Assembly: GCF_001194135.2 (NCBI RefSeq) | Contig: NC_068984.1 | Coordinates: 32,521,397-32,585,093, forward strand | Direction: 5' to 3' | Length of the DNA stretch: 63,697 bases | Source of the DNA: Octopus bimaculoides | Lineage: Eukaryota | Shown: positions 1-9,660 of the stretch, one piece after another | Numbering within the stretch: the first letter of the stretch is position 1 | Layout: every line of letters begins with the position of its first letter | Program-made: the position numbers and the translations under genes | Notes under the pieces: model-generated | Told to the model about the DNA's origin: nothing | Databases searched by the model: none | What the model saw: the letters and a program-made list of their open reading frames with translations, nothing else

Positions 1-1092
1 GGGGGGGAGTTGGTCCAAAATTTTTTTAAAGGGGGAATCGCATGACCGTGACATATAGAACACATTATCGAAAACGAAAATCGCCAAAATTAAAAAAAAA
101 AGTTACAGCCATTTTCCCTCAGTGTCTAATTTCAATGTCCACCGGATAATTATATCTTTAATATATAATAACTCTTCTATTTGTTTAAAGCTATTGGCAC
201 TTTCACTTCTGACAGCTAATAGCATGATAGTGCCAAAAATATTGTTTAAAGTAACTAATAGGAATGTTTTATAATCATTGTTTATAGGAGGGATAATTCC
301 ATAATAAATATGAACAGAAACCTAATAAAATTTTTTTTCTTTCTTTACTTAATTTATCGTAGTGAGAATTCCGTAACAAATATGAAAATAAACTTATGGC
401 TGTAAACACTATAACCTAAATACCCCATAGATACAGACTTAGGCTATAATAATAGATATCAACATATTACAAGTATTTTAAAAGTAACTGGATTTGGAGT
501 TACTTAAATGAGGATTATTATTCGTATATTATGGAAGGGAGAACTCTGTAAATAACTAAAAATTAATCATTATAGCAAAACAAGTATTAACAATTGCTCA
601 CGATAAAATAATCGCTATTATTATTTTTAAATTAATTGACTATAAATAGTATATCTACAAATTTTATTAATTCTTTCAGAATTAACAAAATAATATTATT
701 GTAATAAGAATACAAGTTATAAATTAAGCAATACTGTAATAATTACTTTGTTTATTAAATTTATTTATGAAGTCAAATAAAACTATTTATCTATTATTAT
801 CATTATTATAATTTCCATCAATTAATTATTAAGTAAAATGAATGTATTTATAGATATATGGATTTAGAATAATGATGACATCTTTTTTACTTTATGTAAT
901 TAATATTAATACTAATATAATGATGTATATAACAGTAACTACAAGAATAGCATTAAAAGGAATCAAATTCTGAATTAATACACTAACAGTTAATTTTCCA
1001 AATTCAGTATTATAACATTAAGACGACAAAACTTAAAGATATACATATACACACACATATACATACATACATGCACTCATATATACATGTGC

Positions 1093-1093
<1 letters not shown>

Positions 1094-1145
<52 letters not shown>
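1094..1145. repeat. (TA)n microsatellite, representative of many (TA)n/(CA)n/(TG)n tracts in the window
   Basis: Direct dinucleotide run. Confidence 0.95.
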
Positions 1146-1149
<4 letters not shown>

Positions 1150-1513
1150 CACACATATATAATACAAATAGGTTTTAAAATAAAGACATGTGGTATAAAT
1201 AGGGAAAAGTGAAAAGAAAACAAAGAAAATGCACATTACATATAAAAAACTAAAAGCTTTTTAAAGAAAAGGAAAGGTATATGCATATAATTAGATGATT
1301 TGAGGTAGAATTATGAAGTATAAAAATCATTATTATGAATCATTATTGAAATTCAAAGTCATACTGGTATCGTCAGAGCTGATCACTGACTGAATGAACG
1401 CTGATTTCCAAACGGTGTTGGGTCTAATAGTACCTGAGTGAAAAGATTACATGTTAGGGGAAGTAAGCAGTTCTGGAAGTGATGCAATTAAGGTAGATAT
1501 AAATACTGGAATA

Positions 1514-1680
1514 TTAACTGCTTACCTCCCTTACATTATCCCTCAATTTCCAAATTAGTTTAGTAAGACTAGTACTGTTAAATTTATCTCTATTCCTAAA
1601 GGTGTATTCATGGTTTGCTATCCGTTTTTTAATAAAATTTTCCATTGATCCTATGTAAAAATAATTTCTTTGTTCCAAAT
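1514..1680 (-). mobile_element. Penelope-like element fragment, GIY-YIG endonuclease region
   Basis: Translation YFYIGSMENFIKKRIANHEYTFRNRDKFNSTSLTKLIWKLRDN matches the PLE GIY-YIG pattern YIG-x-T-x-x-x-x-K-x-R-x-x-N-H-x-x-x-F ... S-T-x-L-S-K-x-I-W-x-L-K-D. No RT domain is visible nearby. Confidence 0.75.
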
Positions 1681-1816
1681 CCTTCAAAAGGGTGTGTGAA
1701 ACGAAACGAAACTCCTCACTCATACTATTATTGAACTGGGAGCCTAATGGCGGTCCTCTTGTAGCACTCACATAGCCTTACCTGCCTTTTGAGTCTTCTG
1801 GATACCAAAACCTCTC

Positions 1817-1850
<34 letters not shown>

Positions 1851-1852
<2 letters not shown>

Positions 1853-2250
1853 TCTTTTATTTGTTTCAGTCATTTGACTGCAGCCATGCTGGAACACCAC
1901 CTTGAAGAGTTTTAGTCAAACAAATTGACCGCAGGACTTATTTCTTAAGCCTATTACTTATTCTCTTGGTCTCTTTTGCTGAAACACTAAGTTATGGGGG
2001 AGCAAACACATCAACATCGGTCGTCAAGCAGTTGTGGGAGAACAAACACAGACACAACGATACACACACGTAGATATATACATATATATGTATGATGGGC
2101 TACTTTCAGCTTCCATCAACCGCATCCATTCACAAGGCTTTGGTCAGTCCAAGGCTATAGTAAGAAGACACTTGCCCAAAGTGCCACACTGTTGTGGGAC
2201 TGAACCTGGAACCATGTGGTTCAGAAGTAAGCTTCTTACCACACACACAC
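1851..2250 (-). mobile_element. tRNA-derived SINE family B (head + microsatellite + conserved tail)
   Basis: Reverse complement has the head AAGAAGCTT..CCACATGGTTCCAGGTTCAGTCCC (B-box-like) and the tail CCAGCATGGCTGCAGTCAAATGACTGAAAC seen in other copies in the window. Confidence 0.85.
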
Positions 2251-2254
2251 ACAC

Positions 2255-2288
<34 letters not shown>

Positions 2289-2374
2289 AGTAAGAAGCTT
2301 GTTTCTCAACCACATGGTTCCAGGTTCAGTCCCACAACAGTGTGGCACTTTGTGCAAGTGTCTTCTTACTATAG

Positions 2375-2378
<4 letters not shown>
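2152..2378. repeat. Head-to-head inverted duplication of the SINE B head around a (CA)(TA)(TG) centre
   Basis: AAGGCTATAGTAAGAAGACACTTG...CTTCTTAC (about 2152-2240) is near-identical to the reverse complement of about 2288-2378. Confidence 0.9.
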
Positions 2379-2415
<37 letters not shown>

Positions 2416-2567
2416 CAAGAAAGAGAGAATGAATTTCAAAGGTCAGTGTTCATATTCACTCAATATATTTCAAAGCATCGGAATACTCCACAGCATACAT
2501 AGGTGCATTCATATACATGGGATACGATATAAAAGTTTATAAATATACAATTATATTAAATGTATAA

Positions 2568-2893
2568 ATGTATTTGCAAGGTTGTATGTCCATATTAAAA
2601 TCAATGAGGATATTAAAATATGCGGATGGTGAATGCATAGTGGTAATCCAAATAAATGGGAAAGTTGGTATAAAATGATTTTAAAAGGAATCTTGAGCAG
2701 GTGCAAAGTCTGAGAAGATATAGGTTGGTATATGTGAGTTAATAGCTGGTGGACTTTGCACCTGCTCAAGATTCCTTTTAAAATCATTTTATACCAACTT
2801 TCTCATCTATTTGGATTACTGCTATACATTCACCACTGCATATTTTAATATCCTCATAGATTTTAATGCAGACATACAACCTTGCAAATACAT
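2568..2893. repeat. Foldback (palindromic) element, about 143-bp arms, 41-nt spacer
   Basis: ATGTATTTGCAAGGTTGTATGTC...GAGCAGGTGCAAAGTC (2568-2710) pairs with GACTTTGCACCTGCTC...GACATACAACCTTGCAAATACAT (2752-2893). Confidence 0.9.
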
Positions 2894-3149
2894 CTATGTA
2901 TTTTTATATATATATATAAATGTTTACATTATATCCTATGTATATGAATGCACCTATATATGCTGTGTAGTATTCTGTTGCTTTGAAATATTTTGAGTGA
3001 ATATGAACACTCTCCTTTGAAATTTGTTCTGTCATTCTTGGTTTTATATTCCTGAGGCTCTGTTGGACTGCTAATTAGTTGTGCTGTATAAGGATATTTA
3101 TTCCATTTATTTCTTCATTATACTACATGCACACACACACATACACATA

Positions 3150-4186
3150 ATGGGGCAACACATTCAGTAGCTGAAGAATTCAACTGCAAACACCCTGAGC
3201 GAGAACCATTGAGCCATACTATTGTCTGTTATTTAATCAAACGTTTTCAAGAAACTGGCTCAGCTGCTAACTGTAAGAGATATGGGTGACCAAAAAGTGT
3301 AACTGAGGAAGAAACATCCACTATTGTTTTGGTGAAAGTTGTTAGTAGTCTTGTGAAATCACTCAGAAGCTAAACATTAGCAAATCATTAGTACATTGTA
3401 TTCTAAAGACTCATAAATTTCATCCGTACAAAATGCATCTTGTGCAAGCTCTTCATGGTGATGACAAAGCTAGACGATTGGAATTCTGTGAATGGATTCA
3501 TGCAGATGGAGATTCTTAATATTCTTCAGTGATGAAGCCATTTTCCATTTGAATGGCCAAGTAAACCAACACAGTATGCGCGATTGGTCAGATAAAAATT
3601 CACATTAGAATGAGGAGGGACATCATCAGAACAACCTAAGGATCATGGTCTGGGCTGGAATCTGGGAGGAGGAAATCATTGGCCCTTAGTCACCGGTGAA
3701 ATATATTTAAAGCTCCTGCAGACCTTCTTGTTTGACTACCTTGAGGATGCTCCCATAATTCGATGAAAATATTTCTTTTCTCAGCAGGATGGAGCTTCAG
3801 CATACTTTGCTAATTGTGTGAGTAACTACTCAAACTAGACCTTTTCTAAATGACAAATTGGATGGAGAGGTTCTGTGGAGTGGCCACCCTGATCTCCATA
3901 TCTTACTCTGCTTGACTATTTCCTTTGGGGACATCTCAAACCAGAATCATCCATGGACTCTTGATGATTTGAAGGATGCAATAACAACTGAGTGCCAAAA
4001 GATCACTCTTTCCACCCTCAGCAGTGTGAAAGACAGTTTCATAAAGAGAACTGATGCATGTTTTATTGCAGAAGATGTTCAATTTCAGCGTTTGTTATGA
4101 TTAATTTCAATAAAGTGTTTTAGAAATCAATAAAGGTATACTTTAAAAAAAAAACAGGATGGTGCAATGACTTCTGGGACACCCTG
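3150..4186 (+). mobile_element. Decayed Tc1/mariner transposon, DD41D (rosa/Visitor-type) spacing, 5'-truncated
   Basis: Remnants IKRFQETGS, FHPYKMHLVQAL, SDEAIFHLNGQVN, MVWAGIW, QQDGASAY...EWPP*SPYLTLLDYFLWGHLK. I count 41 codons between the QDG Asp and the LLD Asp. The 3' TIR ends ...GGGACACCCTG followed by TA. Several stops and frameshifts. Confidence 0.9.
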
Positions 4187-4207
4187 TATATACATACATA
4201 TATATAT

Positions 4208-4395
4208 ATGGGAGAATATACAAATAATAACAACAGACGAGGACAGGTGGTGTAAATAACAAAAGTATATATTAGTATGACGCTCGGGAATACGGAAAGT
4301 CTTTGACGTTTCGAGCTACGCTCTTCAACAGAAAGAATACGGAGACAAGGAGAAAAACACGGAGAAAAAAAATTGAATAGTGTTCAGTCAACGGT
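4208..4395 (-). mobile_element. Short HHR-bearing repeat, subfamily H1
   Basis: Near-identical to 60008-60129; abuts (TA)n; contains the hammerhead at 4300-4336. Confidence 0.75.
4300..4336 (-). ncRNA. Minimal type I hammerhead ribozyme-like motif (A6U variant)
   Basis: Minus strand reads TCTTT-CTGTTGA-A-GAGC GTA GCTC-GAA-ACGT-C-AAAGA: 5-bp stem I, 4-bp stem II, palindromic ACGT stem III and a GUC cleavage triplet. Core position 6 is U instead of A. Confidence 0.7.
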
Positions 4396-4396
4396 C

Positions 4397-4812
4397 TTTT
4401 ATCTCTAATCTGTTTCAGTCATTAGGCTGTGGCCATGCTGAGGCACCACCTTGAAGAACTTTTAGTTTAATGAATTGACCCCAGTACTTATTTATTTTTG
4501 AGCCTGGTACTTATTCCTTCAGTATCCTTTTGTTGAGATGCTAAATTACAGGGACATACACAAACCAACACTTGTTGTCAAGTGACAGTGAGGGACAAAC
4601 ACACACACACAGAACACACGCATGCACAAACACACACGCACACATGCACCCCCCCCCCAAACACACATATGAGGGGCTTCTTTCAGTAACCATCAGCCAA
4701 ATCCACTTACAAGCTATATTTCAAGATATTTGTTCAATGTGCCATGTAATGGAACTAAACCTAGAACCATGTGGTTAGAAAGCAAGCTTCTTGCCACGCA
4801 GCTACACCGGCA
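4397..4812 (-). mobile_element. SINE family B
   Basis: Same tail (GTTTCAGTCATTAGGCTGTGGCCATGCTG) and degenerate head as the other copies. Confidence 0.8.
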
Positions 4813-4813
4813 G

Positions 4814-4868
<55 letters not shown>

Positions 4869-4899
4869 AGTTGTAAAGTAAACTGCATAATCATCTCAA

Positions 4900-5090
4900 T
4901 AATGTGGTACCATGTAAAAGTACCCAGTCCATGATGTAAAGTGATTGACATTACGAAGGGCATCCAGCCATAAAACTATGCCAAGGCAGACATTGGAGCT
5001 CAATGCATTCCTTAGAGACATTGGCTCCTCTCAAACAATTTGACCTATGCCAGAATGGCACATAGATGTTAAATAATGATGATGATGATG
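4900..5090 (+). mobile_element. Short retroposon family C ending in an (ATG)n tail
   Basis: GAAGGGCATCCAGC...GATGTTAAATAATGATGATGATG, shared with copies at 17.3, 29.3, 30.8, 58.5-58.9 and 59.8 kb. Confidence 0.65.
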
Positions 5091-6689
5091 CATGTATGTG
5101 TGTCTGTGTCTGTATCTGCATATACACACTCTCAACACATACTTGTGTTTTATTAACTAGGCGGTATTTTATATTACTTTTTAGATTTAAATATTAACGT
5201 GATATTTTTAATGTTTGTTTTCTTTTTGTAAATTGCTTCATAGCTTTGTACCAATCAAATTACCATCTTTGTATCAAATAATATCATGAATTAGCACACA
5301 TCAGTAGGAATAACAAACTTACACAGAGTTTACAACATGTATTAACCCGCATCATAGAATAGCAAATAGCCTTAGTAAAATATTACTATCTGATTAAAAT
5401 TTAAAATTTTCTCTTTAATAATAAATTGTCATGTTATAAACCAGAGAACAAAACTAAAATCATTAAAGAACTATATTAGTTTACTTGCAAACATGAAAGC
5501 TGTTAACTGAATAAATTTAATTGCCATTTTGGACATATTTGTATATTACTATAGCCTGAAGCTAACCAAGCACCTGCAACATATAATATATAGTACACAG
5601 TAGAAAATGTAACAACATTGGAAACAACAATTGACAAAACCAGTGCTATATCAGAGAAGGTAACTCTGGTACTAACATTTAAATTTCTTTTTCTGAAGAT
5701 GGACATTCATTTGATTTTTATGATATTACTAAGAAGCAAATATGACAGTTGTTCTTGAAATAAACCTTAAATTAATAATTGCTGGTATTAATATTGTTAT
5801 TGTTGTTGTCACAAATATAATTCATTTTAGTAGTAGTATATTTTACTCCTTCAAGATGGACAGACAAACATTTTACTGTAGGGAGAAAAGGTAGTCTCAC
5901 ACACTTCCTCTTTGGAATAAAAAGTACCCCACAAACAGAAACCTGACACTAAAAATATCTCACTTCATTGCTTCAGTCCCCAAAGTAATGTAGACGAGTA
6001 TTTAGCTGATAACACAAATTTATTTTTAAATGTTATTAAAACAATAAATAAATGTAAATAATAACTTTAAAAAATAAGTTTCTGGGTTAGTAATTTAATA
6101 AGCAGGAAACAATAATAATATCTTCAAAGTGCCAGAGAGTGGCACTCATAGCACATCTAATAAGATTTGTAAGCATTAATTCTGTTGTGTGGGAACTAAT
6201 CACATTCTTTTTTCTAGCCATCCCCTTGGTGATGCATTGACAATTGTCACAAACAACACCTCAAAAAGATGAAAGATGCAAGTACAGCAAAATTTCTGTA
6301 TAACCTTTATTTCTCATATAGAGTTGGCATTATTCATATTCTTCTAATTAGATGAATATTTAGAAGATGTAAATGGATTAACATTTGATTATTTATCTCA
6401 GCATAAATAGTTTACTTGAGGAAAGTATTGATGGCAGTGGTAGTAAAAATTAGCTTATATATTTCAAGTTTATTTGCAATTAAAGTAAATTAATTTTAGA
6501 TTCCTAACAAGCAATTCATTGATAAGAAATTATAACATAAAATTCATAAAAAGAATTTTGACTATCTAAAAAACAAAAAAAAAAAACAAATGTTAATTTC
6601 ACTCTCAGTTTATTTCTTGAGAGGTCAAAATTTGCATTTTATCTTTGTACCTTAGTCAGTGACATAATTCCATAATTCAATTCATTGCC

Positions 6690-7050
6690 AACTCTGACCT
6701 TAGGGACAACATTTCTATACATATATTGCATGTATTATATGAGTCATTCATATACACCTGGTTTTCTTAACCACCAGACTACAGAACAAATAAACCTATC
6801 AGAAACCCTCTTCTGATTGACATTTGCTAGACATAGCTGTTTACTCTTATCAAAGAACTTCTTTCTCTCACTAAGAAGGGAGTATCTATGGTATTCTATC
6901 CTATTACAAACCCAAACTGCATTCTACCTGCACTAATTATCTTCCTAAATAGTTGTGCTAACTCTTTTACCTGATTCATCAGTTTGATAACCCTGTAACA
7001 GCATTTTCTAGAGTCAGTCCTGATTTTGTTACATTAATCATGTAGTACAA
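6690..7050 (-). mobile_element. RTE-clade LINE fragment, reverse transcriptase
   Basis: Decayed translation MQFGFVIG*NTIDTPFLVR...KQLCLANVNQKRVSDRFICSVVWWLRKPGV resembles RTE RT QFGF..GRSTTDAIFLVR..LYLAFVDLEKAFDRVP..IWW.LRKLG. Confidence 0.7.
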
Positions 7051-7335
7051 CACCTGTCTTTGCTGCTTGATTTACAACACCTGTCTTTGTAAATACCTAG
7101 TGCTATCCTTTCTTCATCAGATGTTGCTTTCAAATTTTGGCACAAGGCCAACTTTCTCCATCAGATATTATTAGCATCTCAGTGACTATCCATCTAGGAC
7201 TAGCTGCTTTGCCTGTATTTTTTATCTTTACCTATGTTGTCAACTTCAGTAGCTGATTTCATTGTTCAAAATACCTTCTTTTTTCTCTTACTCTCTCTCA
7301 CTTTCTCATATAAATTCTCTCATAAGAATTCTCTT

Positions 7336-7715
7336 GGTGCAGGTGTAGCTATGTAGTACAAAGCTTGCTTTCCAGCCACATGATTCTGGGTTCAGTTCCG
7401 CTGTGTGGTACTTTGAGCAAGTGTCTTCTACTACAGTCTCGGGCTAATCAAAGCCTTGTGAGTGGATTTGGCAAGCAGAAACTGAAAGAAACCTCTGTGT
7501 GTGTGTGGGTGTGTGTGTGTGTGCTTTAGTGTCAGTGTTAGACCCCACCACTGCTTGACCATATTTTTGCAGTTCAGTGAAAGAGACCAACAGAATAAGT
7601 GTTAGGCTTTAAAAAAAAAAAGAACTGGAGTCAATTCATTCGATTAAAAATTCTTCAAGTCTATACCCTAGCATAGCAGCCATTTAATGACTGAAACAAG
7701 TAAAAGATAAAAGAT
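7336..7715 (+). mobile_element. SINE family B, lying between two RTE fragments
   Basis: Head GGTGCAGGTGTAGCT...GGGTTCAGTTCC, TG tract, tail ...GACTGAAACAAGTAAAAGATAAAAG. Confidence 0.85.
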
Positions 7716-7789
7716 TCTGTAAGTTTTCATGTTAATATTTCCAGCTGAGTTCTTCTTAGTGTCGATGAGAATAAATGTTCTTCTATCAT

Positions 7790-8710
7790 TCTGAAAATAT
7801 TTTTCTACATTCGCACCTTGATTTGTTCTGATACATTGCTTTGCAATCTGGAATAATTCACACCTCTGATCTTTTCATTGTAGAACATTAGTAAGACTCT
7901 TACTTTCAAGTCATATCTTTGTAGTTCTGATGCCCAGTTTGTCTTATAGATATCTAATATTGTTCCTTACACCAAATTATTTTCCCAATATTTCCAGTCC
8001 TGTTTCTTAACATTTATTGCTCTTTCTACTGTATCTTTCCATTACCATGTCACCTTCCATCTGGTTGTTTCCTTGCCCAAGCCATCAATCTGTGTGAAGC
8101 AGCATGTTGTCTCATAGAAGCAACTAGTTATCCTCAAGTTATAGGTCTTTTATCTCCTACTTCTTATCATATGCACCAGATAGAACCTTTCTAATCTTAA
8201 TTTTAGCAAAGAGATCTTTTAGTTACCACGCCTCCCTTTTTCCATATTGCATTGAGTCTCTGAGTCTATCTAGCTTTTAATCTAGTGTTCCTAAACACTA
8301 TTCCATTTTGAACCAAGGCTAGATTTACTTTACTTAAATATATGTCTACCTTGTTTCCTGGATTTTGTATTTTTGGCTTTCATGTTTGCCTACGTAATAG
8401 GTAATAAAGAATGGCTGGATTCCTAATGTCAGCGTAGCAAATCTTTTGGTCATTTACTTCACAGAACTCCAAGAATCTTGATCCCTTTCGTTCCTTGTAA
8501 CATATCAATAGCTTTTGTATACTTCAAAGTAGCTATCCTGGTTTATTCCAACATGAACATTAAAGACATCTGCTGAAATAGTAAGAATGTCATCAGTTAT
8601 TCAAGTTGTCTGCAAGAGGGCTTCATAGAAACGATTCTTTTTGTTCATATATCAGCCTCCATTTTAGTGCATACACAGAGATCATTGTTGCTGTCATGTT
8701 AAGTACAGCT
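7790..8710 (-). mobile_element. RTE-clade LINE fragment, APE endonuclease and downstream region
   Basis: Decayed translation MISVYA...NRFYEALLQ...ADVFNVHVG...RNE/GSRFLEFCEVND matches APE motifs ISVYAP / GDFNGHVG / RNxxGxxLLEFC. Collinear with 6690-7050 on the same strand. Confidence 0.75.
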
Positions 8711-8896
8711 ACTTTATATTTAATTATCCTGTCACACACACTCACTAAATAAATAATTTTATCCACCTATTTCTTTTTCACAAATATGCCTACTCTAGCC
8801 CTACCAATTCAGTTCATTCAGAAAACTTTATACCCATGTTCCTTATCTGTTAAAAACCAAGTTGTCTTCTTTCCATCTTACCTCACACACACACAC

Positions 8897-9005
<109 letters not shown>

Positions 9006-9167
9006 CCCTCTTTCCACTGCTCCAGCATGTATAGGATCAGTCTAAACATATCTTATATCATATTGACATTGATAATGGCAGGTCTGGTCATTTGTACTTG
9101 ACAGAAAGTGGAAGTCTTTTGGAGTTTTTCTTTTCTGGTGGCTGATGAACTTATTGTTTCTTCCTAG

Positions 9168-9285
9168 ATTTCTGTTGCTGGAAGGAAACAAGCGAATATG
9201 ATTGTTTGATGCAAGTTGAAGAGTTCTTACACAAGGCCAAATGTTTCCATATGACCACAGCACTACCATATATGGCACTAGCATG
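9168..9285 (+). CDS. Putative internal exon of an unidentified gene (FCCWKETSEYDCLMQVEEFLHKAKCFHMTTALPYMALA)
   Basis: Acceptor TTGTTTCTTCCTAG, 38 open codons, donor G|GTCAGT; phase 1 to 2. No homology recognised. Confidence 0.35.
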
Positions 9286-9473
9286 GTCAGTATCAGTTCT
9301 GTATACACAATCAAAGATTTTCAAAGTAATTATGTTAGCTATGGTTTTTGTTTGGTATTACTGACTAGATGCCTTTCTTATCAACATTAACATTACAGTA
9401 AATGCTGTGTGCCTTTCTGAGATAATGCCTGCTGCTAAAATTGAAATGCTTCCTTAATATTGTGTTAGTATCT

Positions 9474-9660
9474 AAGGGACTGAGTTGGCAGAATTTTTTA
9501 CTGCATTGGGCAAAATGCTTAGCAGCATACCTTCCAAATTTATATTTCTGAGTTGAAATTCTTCTGTGATCTACTTTGCCTTTTATCCTTTCAAGGTTGA
9601 TAACATAAGTATCAATTGAACATAGGGGCCGATGCAAATGACTTAACCTCTCCCCCATGG
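9474..9660 (+). mobile_element. tRNA-derived SINE family A
   Basis: GAGTTGGCAGAA...GGGCAAAATGCTTAGC...CTGAGTTGAAATTC...TTTGCCTTTTATCCTTTC. Confidence 0.75.

Noticed and set aside
1-470. Possible end of a DNA element (AAAGTTACAGCCATTT with inverse ATGGCTGTAA near 397 and imperfect direct repeats)
   Set aside because: Truncated by the window edge; no TIR pair or TSD can be shown.
5856-6290. Short AG/GT-bounded frames at 5856-5890, about 6130-6168 and about 6218 onward
   Set aside because: Too short, several frames are equally open, and such segments are expected by chance.
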